Positions 26,052-40,385 are shown, counted from the stretch's first letter. The stretch is DNA of 64,000 bases from Eledone cirrhosa (GCA_964016885.1 OZ024753.1:42594001-42658000), one strand, 5' to 3'. Made by a program: numbers and translations. Notes: generated by a model not told the origin, from the letters alone.

Positions 26052-26231
26052 TTGGCAGTATCGGTAGAGGGTCGGACGCCATGCTTTCCAGCATAGTTAC
26101 GTCCCTTTACGATCTGAGTTCAAATCCCGCCGAGGTTGACTTTGCCTTTCATCCTTACGGGGTCGATAAAATAAAGTACCAGTAATGCACTGGGTGATTG
26201 CTGGCCTTGTGCCTAAAGTAGAAACAATTAT
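26052..26231 (+). mobile_element. SINE family A, young internally deleted subfamily
   Basis: A-box-like TGGCAGTATCGG, B-box GAGTTCAAATCC, body and tail. Near-identical to 42112-42303. Confidence 0.92.
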
Positions 26232-26429
26232 GATCGTAAATCCAGTATCCCACTACCTTCACAATATAAATACCAACAAGAAGACTTTACCAATTCTAGA
26301 CCTGAAAAGAAAACAGAGAAAGTTAGACAAAGAGATGAAGGGAGATTGTATACCAATGAAGGCTGGAAGATCACAGATGAAGGACTAATTTTATTCATAT
26401 GTAACCCATTTGCAACCACGCAGCACGCC

Positions 26430-26479
<50 letters not shown>

Positions 26480-26505
26480 GTGGTTACACAACAGTTAGTT
26501 CACCA

Positions 26506-26548
26506 TACCGAGAACAATTGTTTCACCTTAGCGGATCATCAGTTCGTA
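26506..26548 (-). ncRNA. Minimal hammerhead motif in a 77-bp insert between (TA)n tracts
   Basis: Minus strand TACGAA-CTGATGA-T-CC-GCTAA-GG-T-GAAAC-AATT-GTT-CTCGGTA. Palindromic ACAATTGT stem III, imperfect stem I. Confidence 0.6.
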
Positions 26549-26551
26549 ATC

Positions 26552-26608
<57 letters not shown>

Positions 26609-27017
26609 ATGTATGTGTATGTATATATATATATATGTCTACATACATACACATACATACTTTATATATATACATACTTTATATATATATATATATATAT
26701 ATTGTTATATTTGGGGAGGGTCATATTTGCGTAATATTGCCAGAATTAATAACAGAACACACTCACTGTTTGGTTGGTTTTCGCTTCTCGCTGTCTTTTA
26801 TATATATATATCTGCGATCTAACTTACTCGGTCCTCAATGTTGCCATTGACTGACCGGCGGTCAAAAATAATACAGATACAATATAGACAAACACATATA
26901 TATATAGTTTACATAAATCTTTCGTTGCACATCTGCAACATCGTCAGTGGTGTTATATTCATTGTTCCTCGCAAAACTAATTCATCGCCGCTATATATAT
27001 ATATATATATATATATA

Positions 27018-27193
27018 CGTTATTCCGGGTTGAATCGGAGGTAACCACAGTAAGTAAGGTACTCAATACATAGCAGAGTATAAAAGTTTTAATATAGATG
27101 AGATTCTACAGGACTAGAACTGTTTCATTCTTTAGAAATCATCAGGAATGATTTCTAAAGAATGAAACAGTTCTAGTTCTGTAGAATCTCATC

Positions 27194-27198
<5 letters not shown>
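27018..27198. mobile_element. Penelope-type fragment with inverted arms (27092-27142 / 27148-27198) in (TA)n
   Basis: Inverted repeat seen directly. Contains an HHR and the GTACTCAATAC motif shared with the 17327-17464 arm. Confidence 0.7.
27103..27149 (-). ncRNA. Minimal type I hammerhead motif
   Basis: Minus strand ATTC-CTGATGA-T-TTC-TAAA-GAA-T-GAAA-CAG-ttctagtc-CTG-TA-GAAT. Three stems and a GUA triplet. Confidence 0.68.
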
Positions 27199-27231
<33 letters not shown>

Positions 27232-27525
27232 GTATGTATATATACATATGTATATATATATATATATATAAAGACCGAATGTATTAGGAAAGTCTAAACC
27301 TGCCAGATTCAGTAAGTAACGAAGATAGAAGATGAATTAAGTATCGAATAAATTAATTATTTGCACCAATTGAATTTCTGTCTCTTCTTAATCTTCAACT
27401 TGAAGATTTGATTCCTTGCCAGAAAAACTTAACCAATTATTTTATCTTTTATTTCTTATTTGTTTCATTGCCTTTTTTTCTAAAGAATTTCCCTTGGAAT
27501 AATACGTGATGGTACTGTGTATGTA

Positions 27526-27582
<57 letters not shown>

Positions 27583-27660
27583 TGTGCGTATGTAAAGTAT
27601 AGATGTGTGTGGATGTGTGCATATATGTACATAATAATATATATATATATATATATATAT

Positions 27661-27838
27661 AATTGTTTCTACTTTTGGCACAAGGCCAGCAATTACCCAG
27701 TGCATTACTGGTACTTTATTTTATCGACCACGTAAGGATGAAAGGCAAAGTCAACCTCGGGGGGATTTGAACTCAGATCATAAAGGGAGGTAACTCTATG
27801 CTTCAAAGCATGGCGTCCGAGCCTCTACCGATACTGCC
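27661..27838 (-). mobile_element. SINE family A, young internally deleted subfamily
   Basis: Near-identical to 52041-52227. Confidence 0.92.
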
Positions 27839-27877
27839 TGTATATATAATGTGTGTTGATGTATGAGTGCGTGAAAA

Positions 27878-27949
27878 CTTTGATTACCTGTACAGGCAAT
27901 ATTTATTAGAATGCTGTTGAAGTATCTATACATTTTTGGGGGACACCTT

Positions 27950-27952
<3 letters not shown>
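27878..27952 (-). mobile_element. Tc1/mariner MITE half (family of 24232)
   Basis: TTTTGGGGGACACCTTG|TA end and shared internal sequence. Confidence 0.65.
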
Positions 27953-28030
<78 letters not shown>

Positions 28031-28077
28031 AACTTTGTTTACAGTAACCACACAGCTCGCTTCGTTTCTTGTAATTT

Positions 28078-28115
<38 letters not shown>

Positions 28116-28351
28116 CCTTGTTATCTCTTTTATGATTTGATGAAATGCTAAGCCACATTACAGTCTTTTAGCTGGACTTTTTTCATGTCTGAAAAACCCG
28201 TATCAGGATTTTATGTGGTGTGCGCGGGCACCTCAACTGCAGCAAGTTATTATTCTAAATATACACTCTAATCCCCTTTTCTTAGAATTTAACTCTAATA
28301 TTTGTGATGAAGTAATAGATGTATTATTGAGGATTTTTATCCGTTTAAGGT

Positions 28352-28757
28352 GAAGGTGTGTGGTCTAATGGTTAAGGTGTTGGACTGAATATAAAAGCGT
28401 TGGATCGATTCCTGGGCCTTTCTTGATATGACTGGGACCACTATCATTAAACACACCCAAGAAACCTCATATGAGATACAACCTCGAGAAGGTCATCTAA
28501 GCCTACATTGTCGCGTGCAGCAAAACCATCATACATACGTGTGGTTTGATAGGACTGAGGAGTCTATCGTTAAAACACCAGAGAAACTTCTTATGAGAGA
28601 CAACCTCACAGGAGACTAGCCATATTTACATAGGTGTGAGCTGTAACAACACCATAGGACTGATTCTCCTATCATTAAAACACCAGAGAAACTTCTTATG
28701 AGATACAATCCCATAGGAGGTCAGCTAAACCTACATAGGTGTGAGCTGTAACAACAC
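28352..28757 (+). mobile_element. tRNA-like head followed by about 3 diverged ~120-bp repeats; relative at 60292-60800
   Basis: GTGGTCTAATGGTTAAGG...GGATCGATTCC head. The GAGATACAACCTC...CCTACATAGGTGTGAGCTGTAACAACAC unit recurs. Confidence 0.55.
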
Positions 28758-29009
28758 GTTTTATCCATTTCCAAAACCACAATTGCCGCCATATTATAGA
28801 TATTTCTAATCATTGATTGGTTTTATTTTATATTAATTGGCAGAAAGACAAGCATTTATTTTTGATTCAGAATTTGATAAGTTTTTATTAGTCCCAATCT
28901 TTTATTATACCATTTTCATACAATATTGAAACACGTTGAAGGGCGACCTTTTAGAAGAGAATCATTTTTTTTATCGTGTGAACAGAAGTAAGATTTGCCA
29001 GACTTTCGG

Positions 29010-29431
29010 CATTTGCTTCGGCCGGATAAGAATGTTAAAAGCCGAAATCAACTTCGCCTTTAACCCTTCTGAGGTCGATAAAAAGAAAAATGCCCCAGGT
29101 CAATGTAATCTTTCCCATCCTGTGAAACTACTGGCCTTGTGCCGAAATTAGAGACCAATAATTAGTTGAAAGACAGATATGTACTTCTGATACTCAGCGG
29201 TCGATAATAAATCTCTTATTATATTGAAGGGTGGTGGATTGGCAGAATCGGTAGAGCGTCGGACAACATGCTTTGCGGCATAGTTACGGCCCTTTACGGT
29301 CTGAGTTCAAATTTGGGGAAAGTCAATTAAATCGACCCTAGTGCGTTACTGGTACTTTATTTTATCGACCCCGTAAGGATGAAAGACAAAGTTAACCTCG
29401 GCCGTAACTCTATGCGTCAAAACATGGCGTC
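29010..29431. mobile_element. Cluster of SINE A pieces (+ 29010-29160, + 29229-29315, - 29326-29431)
   Basis: Family motifs in both orientations. Confidence 0.75.
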
Positions 29432-30339
29432 AATAATAATAATTAGAGATGCTAAACAACAAAATATAGTTTTCTATAATTATAATTTTAATGGCTGACA
29501 CGTAATAACAAAAAAAGCAAATAAAGAACCGAAACAAGAAAATAAATATAGCTTATAATTAAATGTTAACACGGAACTAATTAAACAATCTTGAACGATA
29601 GATGAGGCATATTTCACTTCAATTTACTTAAGAATCCATCGATGAGTCTTTGAATCAATATATAAACGCAACACTGTTCATTAGAATCAATCAACAAATG
29701 TATTTGACACAAAATAAACATGTTTCCTGCAGATATTTCTAAATGTAAAATTTTAACTTTTCAAAACTAATATTAATTGGGTTAAAAAACGAAAATAATC
29801 TTTAGTTGTTCTCACAGTTCTTCTTCCACAAATTATTTCAAATATGTAACATCTTTCATATAACGATGATGAAACTATACAACAATAAAATGGCGTCCTC
29901 TTCCTAGTTCACACTGTGTACGATCTTATTGATATATTATTAGCTTATAGCTATAGAAATTGTATATATTTTTAGTACTTATTGTTAACTGGCTTCGTTT
30001 CGTTTTAAGTTTGACTTTTGGTAAGTTTTGTTTTGTATTGTGTTTCTTCTTGTGTTGCCAAACAGGTGTTACAAACACGTCATAATTACTTCAATTGTTA
30101 TTCATCAAACAACCAGCAAATGTATGAACCTTAGCTGGTAAATTAAATATGTTTATATTCACCATATCATCACGATTTAAAAGAAAATAGAATCCATTTT
30201 AATTATTACTACAATGCACACACATAAACACATAAACACGCAAATATATATAAATATAAATACACACACACACATACACGAATGTATATATATGTATGTA
30301 TATATATACAGACAGGCAAATTTAAATGAAATTTAAAAG

Positions 30340-30399
30340 ACAGAAGCTGCAGAAGATAGTCGTATATATATATATACGACTATCTTCTGCAGCTTCTGT
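30340..30399. repeat. 60-bp perfect palindrome centred on (TA)n
   Basis: ACAGAAGCTGCAGAAGATAGTCG-(TA)7-CGACTATCTTCTGCAGCTTCTGT. Confidence 0.95.
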
Positions 30400-30419
30400 T
30401 TGTGTGTGGTGGGGTGATA

Positions 30420-30545
30420 CTCTCTGAGTTTAAATACCATCAAGGTCAACTTTGCCTTTCATATTTTTGTGGTCGATAAAAAAGTACCAGTCTAATACTG
30501 GGGTCGATTCTTCCTCTATATTTCTTTCTCACTTCCTCTCTCTCA
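30420..30545 (+). mobile_element. SINE family A-related fragment
   Basis: CTGAGTTTAAAT...GGTCAACTTTGCCTTTCAT...GGTCGATAAA...GTACCAG. Confidence 0.7.
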
Positions 30546-32027
30546 CACCTTCTATTCTCCTCTGGAAGAAATCTGCCATGTTCTGATTTGGAGAGGGATG
30601 ATTTTAAAATGTCCATGTTAATACGGCCAGAGAGGAAGTAGACGAGAGAACGATGGTGAGAGGAGAGTGGAAGAGAAGGAAATACAGAGACAGAGAGAGC
30701 GATAGAGAGAGCAAAGAACCAAAGAGAAGGGGGTGGGTGGGTCACGTGAATAAAAAATTGCAGTTTATCGAAAAATGACGCGTGTTTGCATTACATATAG
30801 GATCGTAATAAACAACATAAGACAATTATTCCATTAACCAAAGGTTTCACGAATACAGACGAGCTCAACACAGACGACTGAAATCGCTCATCAGATTATA
30901 AATAGCTCTGTAGCTTACATAGAGCACTCTCCTTTTCTTTACATATAGGATCAGTAGAAAATATCCAAATACACACACAAACACACACATTCGTGTGTGT
31001 GTGTTTCTCTGCTTACGTTTGTGTGGCTAGGTTTATGTCCTGTAACTTCGACACAAACGAGATCGATAATATAATTACTCCTGACGATATGATCCACTGT
31101 AAATATCTCATTTATGGTGGTCGCTCCAGCTTGGCCGCAGTTTTAGTGACAGAGAGCAAGGAATGAATGAATAAATGGATTTACATAGATTTTAAATCTG
31201 CGACTTAATGGATGACAACGTCTTCCCACTTGCAGTTAAATTATACCTAGGAATTAAACATTTTTAAGTACACTCTTTTGGTAATGTGATCGTGACATTT
31301 TGAATAAAGTAGAAATTGGTAACATTTTTTGTATGTTTCTTTTTGGTTGGGAACAATAACGTGTTTTTTTTTTCTAAATTTTTTTCTAAAAAATAAATAA
31401 AATTAGATTATTTCTGTTTCTTTTTTTTTTTTTGTTTGCCCGGTGTTTTTGTTTAGCTTATAGCCATGACAAGACCGTTCATTTGAGTTGTGCTGGAATT
31501 TATTTATTCTTTTAATTTTAAATGGATTCGATAGAGAATGATTGATTATGAAGTTGGGGAAAGTAGATTTTCTTGTCTAAAACTCGCTCAATCTGTAGAA
31601 TAAAAATCACCATGTTAGATATTTCAAAATTGAACAGTTATTGAACAGTTATTGGGCAAGTTTTAATTGAAACTAACTTAATTGAATAAAGTGTTCTGCG
31701 TAATAATAATTGGATGGTTCAGTCAAAAGGGCGTTCTTGAACCACTGAGCAACAAGAGTTGGTTGTCTTTCTGCTTCAGTTAGTTCCATAGTTCGATATC
31801 AGGTTCCGATTGCTTGCATATTAACAGTAGGAATTTACACAAAAATCTATCCCTGTTCAATATGTGGAAAGTTACTTTCTATATCCATCAATATATAATA
31901 GGATTTCCAATTACCCCCACCCTCTTCTCCCTGCTGTAGAAATTAATAAATATATCAGCAAAAGTCAACTTTTACATTGCTTAACATTGCTAGTAGACTT
32001 ACAACAAAAGTGTTTTGTAGGTTTTGT

Positions 32028-32578
32028 AACACTAATATTGTAACAATGTACAGTAATGTACTAATAGTGTATAGTAAGGTACTGTAACACTGTAATACTG
32101 TATAGTAATGTACTAATATTGTAATATTGTAACAATGTATAGTGATGTACTAATAGTGTATAGTAAGGTACTGTAACACTGTAATATTGTATAGTAATGT
32201 ACTAATATTGTAATATTGTAACAATGTAGAGTGATGTACTAATAGTGTATAGTAAGGTACTGTAACACTGTAATACTGTATAGTAATGTACTAATATTGT
32301 AATATTGTAACAATGTATAGTGATGTACTAATAGTGTATAGTAAGGTACTGTAACACTGTAATATTGTATAGTAATGTACTAATATTGTAATATTGTAAC
32401 AATGTATAGTGATGTACTAATAGTGTATAGTAAGGTACTGTAACACTGTAATACTGTATAGTAATGTACTAATATTGTAATATTGTAACAATGTATAGTG
32501 ATGTACTAATACTTTAACACTGTATAGTAATGTACTGTAATACTGTAACAATGTACAGTAACGTACTAATACTGTAAT
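32028..32578. repeat. About 89-bp AT-rich tandem repeat, about 6 copies
   Basis: AGTGATGTACTAATAGTGTATAGTAAGG recurs at 89-bp spacing. Confidence 0.9.
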
Positions 32579-35150
32579 ATAGTGTGGTGTATTGAATGTG
32601 TGGTATATATATAGTGTGGTGTATTGAATGTGTGGTATATATATAGTGTGGTGTATTGAATGTGTGGTATATATATAGTGTGGTGTATTGAATGTGTGGT
32701 ATATATATAGTGTGGTGTATTGAATGTGTGGTATATATATATATAGTGTGGTGTATTGAATGTGTGGTATATATATAGTGTGGTGTATTGAATGTGTGGT
32801 GTATATATAGTGTGGTGTATTGAATGTGTGGTATATATATATAGTGTGGTGTATTGAATGTGTGGTGTATATAGTGTGGTGTATTGAATGTGTGGTGTAT
32901 ATATAGTGTGGTGTATTGAATGTGTGGTGTATATATAGTGTGGTGTATTGAATGTGTGGTGTATATAGTGTGGTGTATTGAATGTGTGGTATATATATAG
33001 TGTGGTGTATTGAATGTGTGGTGTATATATAGTGTGGTGTATTGAATGTGTGGTGTATATAGTGTGGTATATATATAGTGTGGTGTATTGAATGTGTGGT
33101 GTATATATATAGTGTGGTGTATTGAATGTGTGGTGTATATATAGTGTGGTGTATTGAATGTGTGGTATATATATATAGTGTGGTGTATTGAATGTGTGGT
33201 GTATATATAGTGTGGTGTATTGAATGTGTGGTATATATATATAGTGTGGTGTATTGAATGTGTGGTGTATATAGTGTGGTGTATTGAATGTGTGGTATAT
33301 ATATAGTGTGGTGTATTGAATGTGTGGTATATATATAGTGTGGTGTATTGAATGTGTGGTGTATATAGTGTGGTATATATATAGTGTGGTGTATTGAATG
33401 TGTGGTGTATTGAATGTGTGGTGTATATATAGTGTGGTGTATTGAATGTGTGGTATATATATAGTGTGGTGTATTGAATGTGTGGTGTATATATAGTGTG
33501 GTGTATTGAATGTGTGGTATATATATATATAGTGTGGTGTATTGAATGTGTGGTGTATATATAGTGTGGTGTATTGAATGTGTGGTATATATATAGTGTG
33601 GTGTATTGAATGTGTGGTGTATATATAGTGTGGTGCATTGAATGTGTGGTATATATATATAGTGTGGTGTATTGAATGTGTGGTGTATATATAGTGTGGT
33701 GTATTGAATGTGTGGTATATATATATAGTGTGGTGTATTGAATGTGTGGTGTATATATAGTGTGGTGCATTGAATGTGTGGTATATATATATAGTGTGGT
33801 GTATTGAATGTGTGGTGTATATATAGTGTGGTGTATTGAATGTGTGGTGTATATATATAGTGTGGTGTATTGAATGTGTGGTATATATATAGTGTGGTGT
33901 ATTGAATGTGTGGTGTATATATATAGTGTGGTGTATTGAATGTGTGGTATATATATATAGTGTGGTGTATTGAATGTGTGGTGTATATATAGTGTGGTGT
34001 ATTGAATGTGTGGTATATATATAGTGTGGTGTATTGAATGTGTGGTGTATATATATAGTGTGGTGTATTGAATGTGTGGTGTATATATATAGTGTGGTGT
34101 ATTGAATGTGTGGTGTATATATAGTGTGGTGTATTGAATGTGGTATATATATAGTGTGGTGTATTGAATGTGTGGTGTATATATAGTGTGGTGCATTGAA
34201 TGTGTGGTATATATATATAGTGTGGTGTATTGAATGTGTGGTGTATATAGTGTGGTGTATTGAATGTGTGGTATATATATATAGTGTGGTGTATTGAATG
34301 TGTGGTGTATATATATAGTGTGGTGTATTGAATGTGTGGTGTATATATAGTGTGGTGTATTGAATGTGGTATATATATAGTGTGGTGTATTGAATGTGTG
34401 GTGTATATATAGTGTGGTGTATTGAATGTGGTATATATATATAGTGTGGTGTATTGAATGTGTGGTGTATATATAGTGTGGTGTATTGAATGTGTGGTGT
34501 ATATATATATATAGTGTGGTGTATTGAATGTGTGGTATATATATATAGTGTGGTGTATTGAATGTGTGGTATATATATAGTGTGGTGTATTGAATGTGTG
34601 GTGTATATATAGTGTGGTGTATTGAATGTGTGGTATATATATAGTGTGGTGTATTGAATGTGTGATATATATATAGTGTGGTGTATTGAATGTGTGGTGT
34701 ATATATATAGTGTGGTGTATTGAATGTGGTATATATAGTGTGGTGTATTGAATGTGGTATATATATATAGTGTGGTGTATTGAATGTGGTATATATACAT
34801 ATAGTGTGGTGTATATATATAGTGTGGTGTATTGAATGTGTGATATATACATATAGTGTGGTGTATATATATAGTGTGGTGTATTGAATGTGTGATATAT
34901 ACATATAGTGTGGTGTATATATATAGTGTGGTGTATTGAATGTGTGGTGTATATATAGTGTGGTGTATTGAATGTGTGATATATATATAGTGTGGTGTAT
35001 TGAATGTGTGATATATATATAGTGTGGTGTATTGAATGTGGTATATATACATATGGTGTGTGGTGTATGATGGTGTGTAGCATAATGATGAATGGTGTAT
35101 ATAGTGTGGTGTATTGAATGTGTGATATATATATAGTGTGGTGTATTAGT
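32579..35150. repeat. About 30-36-bp minisatellite AGTGTGGTGTATTGAATGTGTGG(TG)(TA)n with a variable TA spacer
   Basis: Seen directly. Confidence 0.97.
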
Positions 35151-36500
35151 GGTGTATAGTGTAATGGTGTGTGGTGTATGATGATGTGTGGTGTAATGAT
35201 ATGGGGTGTGTGATGATACACCATATATTTGAACATTAATCTCACAGTTGTCAGACATCAATAACTTACTGCTTCTCTTTTATACAAAGAATAAATATTT
35301 TTGCTGAGTCATATAGAGGAGAAATGTTGGAATTGCAAAGGTATTCCAAGAATGGCGTGTTGCTTTCATAAACATACCTGCAGCGCTATAATTTGAACAA
35401 ATAAAAAAAAAATCAAGTGAAAGCTTCGTTCATATAAAACGCATTTGTAGTGCTTCTTTTTATATTTTCCCCAAATATTATATTGTATTAATTATAAAAG
35501 TGTTTACTTGCACATTTATGACATGTAAAAAAAATATATATTTACGAGAAAATACTTTGATACTTAATATATCTAAACTTCTGAAGAAGCATTAAATATA
35601 CCAACGTATATATGTTTAACTCCTAACATTCTGCAAGCAATGATTTAGCAGAAAATATCTTTAAAAAAATGGGTTTATTAATTCAAACTCATAAGCATAT
35701 ATCTTTACTAATGGGCAAATTGATACAAAAATTTGCTGTATTAGAATAAAGTCTAATTTTAAATGTGATATACTTTTCAAAAATATTTTGCTAATGTTGT
35801 TAATTGAAATGTTTATAGTGTCTTTACTAGTGGGCATATCATTGTGAAAATTTGCTGTTTTAGAGTAAAGACTTGTATTTTTAATATGATGCAATCATAG
35901 TCCTATTTTGTATTTTTCAATAATGTCTTAATGTGGTTTCATGTGGTGCAGGACTTTAATATTTTTTATATGTCATAAATGTGCAAGTTATACACTATAA
36001 ATTTTAATGTGATGCAATCAATTATAAAGTGGTATTGCAGCATGGTATATGTAAAATAATATATGCTTTAGTCTATATCCTTCTATAATATACAGTGTTT
36101 GCATGATATTCAATGGTAATAGGATAGTAAGAAGAAACTACTGGCCTTTTGTGTTCCCTCAAGGATACTGAAATATATTGAGTTGGCTCTAGAACTGTGG
36201 CTGGTAATGTTATTGTTGATAACTAATTGCCCACTTATGTATAAACACACACACACACACACATAAATATATAAATACACACATCAAATACACTCTCAAG
36301 ACATACACCAAACATACACATGTATATATATCAAAATATATACACACACACACACACACATATATATATACATAAATACACACATCAAATACACTCCCGA
36401 GACATACACCAAACACACACATGCATATATATTAAAATACACACACACGCATATATATTAAAATACACACACACACAAAGTACACACACACACACACACA

Positions 36501-36636
36501 CATCATCATTTTACGTCCGTTTTTCCCTGCTTGCAAGGGTGGGATGGGTCTTATTCAGTGCAACATCTCTCCACTTGTCACGGTCCTTCGTCATCTCCAC
36601 CGTCAGCTTCAGCAATCTCAGGTCCACCCTCACCAC
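36501..36636 (-). mobile_element. RTE-clade LINE extreme 3' end with (ATG)n tail
   Basis: The end of ORF 36511..39288 reads VVRVDLRLLKLTVEMTKDRDKWRDVALNKTHPTLASREKRT*, the typical RTE C-terminus, followed by AATGATGATG. Confidence 0.8.
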
Positions 36637-39205
36637 ACATATACCAAAATATACACATACAACACACACATATACCAAAATATACACATACAACACACAC
36701 ATATACCAAAATATACACATACAACACACACATATACCAAAATATACACATACAACACACACATATACCAAAATATACACATACAACACACGCATGTACC
36801 AAAATATACACATACAACACACACATATACCAAAATATACACATACAACACACACATATACCAAAATATACACATACAACACACACATGTACCAAAATAT
36901 ACACATACAACACACACATATACCAAAATATACACATACAACACACACATATACCAAAATATACACATACAACACACACATGTACCAAAATATACACATA
37001 CAACACACACATATACCAAAATATACACATACAACACACACATATACCAAAATATACACATACAACACACACATATACCAAAATATACACATACAACACA
37101 CACATGTACCAAAATATACACATACAACACACACATATACCAAAATATACACATACAACACACACATGTACCAAAATATACACATACAACACACACATAT
37201 ACCAAAATATACACATACAACACACACATGTACCAAAATATACACATACAACACACACATGTACCAAAATATACACATACAACACACACATATACCAAAA
37301 TATACACATACAACACACACATATACCAAAATATACACATACAACACACACATGTGCCAAAATATACACATACAACACACACATGTGCCAAAATATACAC
37401 ATACAACACACACATGTGCCAAAATATACACATACAACACATATACCAAAATATACACATACAACACACACATATACCAAAATATACACATACAACACAC
37501 ACATATACCAAAATATACACATACAACACACACATATACCAAAATATACACATACAACACACACATGTACCAAAATATACGCATACAACACACACATATA
37601 CCAAAATATACACATACAACACACACATATACCAAAATATACACATACAACACACACATATACCAAAATATACGCATACAACACACACATATACCAAAAT
37701 ATACGCATACAACACACACATATACCAAAATATACACATACAACACACACATATACCAAAATATACACATACAACACACACATATACCAAAATATACACA
37801 TACAACACACACATATACCAAAATATACACATACAACACACACATATACCAAAATATACACATACAACACACACATGTACCAAAATATACGCATACAACA
37901 CACACATATACCAAAATATACACATACAACACACACATGTACCAAAATATACACATACAACACACACATGTACCAAAATATACACATACAACACACACAT
38001 GTACCAAAATATACACATACAACACACACATGTACCAAAATATACACATACAACACACACATGTACCAAAATATACACATACAACACACACATGTACCAA
38101 AATATACACATACAACACACACATGTGCCAAAATATACACATACAACACATATACCAAAATATACACATACAACACACACATATACCAAAATATACACAT
38201 ACAACACACACATATACCAAAATATACACATACAACACACACACATATACCAAAATATACACATACAACACACACATATACCAAAATATACACATACAAC
38301 ACACACATGTACCAAAATATACACATACAACACACACATGTACCAAAATATACACATACAACACACACATGTACCAAAATATACACATACAACACACACA
38401 TGTACCAAAATATACACATACAACACACACATGTACCAAAATATACACATACAACACACACATATACCAAAATATACACATACAACACACACATGTACCA
38501 AAATATACACATACAACACACACATGTACCAAAATATACACATACAACACACACATGTACCAAAATATACACATACAACACACACATGTACCAAAATATA
38601 CACATACAACACACACATGTACCAAAATATACACATACAACACACACATGTACCAAAATATACACATACAACACACACATATACCAAAATATACACATAC
38701 AACACACACACATATACCAAAATATACACATACAACACACACACATATACCAAAATATACACATACAACACACACATGTACCAAAATATACACATACAAC
38801 ACACACATGTACCAAAATATACACATACAACACACACATATACCAAAATATACACATACAACACACACATATACCAAAATATACACATACAACACACACA
38901 TATACCAAAATATACACATACAACACACACATATACCAAAATATACACATACAACACACACATATACCAAAATATACACATACAACACACACATATACCA
39001 AAATATACACATACAACACACACATGTACCAAAATATACACATACAACACACACATGTACCAAAATATACACATACAACACACACATATACCAAAATATA
39101 CACATACAACACACACATGTACCAAAATATACACATACAACACACACATGTACCAAAATATACACATACAACACACACATGTACCAAAATATACACATAC
39201 AACAT
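36637..39205. repeat. 31-bp minisatellite (ATACCAAAATATACACATACAACACACACAT), about 83 copies
   Basis: Seen directly. Confidence 0.98.
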
Positions 39206-39458
39206 ACACACCACACATACACACCACACATACACACCATACACACACCACATATACACACCATACACCCGCCCCCCTCCCAATACACTCCACCTCCCCT
39301 ACACCCCCACTAAAATGGAACATCACTGATTATATTAGTGTTTGTTACACGATGTATGTTTTTTCCTTATTTTTTAATCACGTCTTGCTGTTATTCAATA
39401 TTGATTAGGATTGGTAATTACTCACTAGAAGTCGTGCAAATAATATATTTTCTACTGT

Positions 39459-39625
39459 AGGCAGTGGCTTAGTGGTTAGAGTTGTTTGCTTCACGATTGT
39501 AAAGTGGTGAGTTTGACTCCTGGACCAGGTACACTGTGGACCAGAGCAAGAACACTTTATTTCACAAAAACAGTCAGTGAGCGCTTAATTTTACTTGAAT
39601 GGTTTATTTTCTTCACCTATATATG

Positions 39626-39680
<55 letters not shown>

Positions 39681-39790
39681 AGGCACATGGCTTAGTGGTT
39701 AGAGCATTTTGGCCTTGCAATCGAAAGGTTGTGAGTTCAATTCGCTTTATTTCACATTGCTCCAGTTTACTCAGCTGTAGAAATGAGATG
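39459..39790 (+). mobile_element. Two SINE family B 5' fragments (39459-39565, 39678-39790)
   Basis: TGGCTTAGTGGTTAGAG A-box, B-box-like GAGTTCAATTC, and the TTTCACATTGCTCCAGTTTACTCAGCTG centre. Confidence 0.75.
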
Positions 39791-39829
39791 ATAGGGAGTG
39801 GGGTCCATATCATTCCACTGTAAAGTGGT

Positions 39830-39988
39830 CGTGGAGGTGCCACGGCAAAACAGCACCCAGCACTCACTGTAAATGAGGTTGGTGTTAGGAAGGGCATCCA
39901 GCTGTAGAAATCAAGCCAGAATCAATTGCCGTCCCACCCTTGCAAGCAGGGAAAAAGCAGACATAAAATGAAATGAAATGAAAATGAA
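39830..39988 (+). mobile_element. SINE 3' half with an RTE-derived tail
   Basis: GGTTGGTGTTAGGAAGGGCATCCAGCTGTAGAAA, then CCCACCCTTGCAAGCAGGGAAAAA matching the LINE end at 36520-36543, then a (GAAAT)n tail. Confidence 0.72.
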
Positions 39989-40064
39989 TATATATACAGT
40001 AAATTTAGTTTTAATCAATACATATAAAAATATACAGCAGTTTCTCAATTTATATATATATATA

Positions 40065-40168
40065 TAGAGAGTGTCCAAAAAAATGTATTCACACTTCAAT
40101 AGGATTCTTGTAAATATTGCTTGTACAGGTAATCAAAGTATGTATACATGTTTTAGAGACACCCTGTG
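40065..40168. mobile_element. Tc1/mariner MITE (family of 24232), diverged
   Basis: GAGAGTGTCCAAAAAAATGTAT ... ATACATGTTTTAGAGACACCCTG. Confidence 0.65.
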
Positions 40169-40224
40169 TATATATAATTGTAAATTTTGTATTAGCTGAC
40201 ATAGACTAAAACACAAGGCTGTTA

Positions 40225-40385
40225 ATTGGTAGAATCAATAAAATGTTGGTTTGAAAGCTCTGTGGTATTTGGTCCTACTCTCTGCACCCTTGAGTTCAAA
40301 TCCCACTATCCAATCACTGTCAATTTTACATTTCATCCTTTCAAGGTCAATAAAGTACTAGGCTATTACTGGAGTTGATTCTCGC
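40225..40385 (+). mobile_element. Diverged SINE A-related copy
   Basis: GAGTTCAAATCCC B-box and TTTCATCCTTTCAAGGTCAATAAAGTAC body. Confidence 0.65.

Noticed and set aside
29885-30026. AAAATGGCG start-like motif and TTG|GTAAGT donor as a first coding exon
   Set aside because: The ATG frame stops after five codons, and only one short frame is open before the donor. A non-coding exon cannot be excluded, but it is unsupported.
32417-39408. 800-1000-aa ORFs open in several frames
   Set aside because: Low-complexity minisatellites without stop codons. Only the last ~40 codons of 36511..39288 (an RTE remnant) are protein-like.
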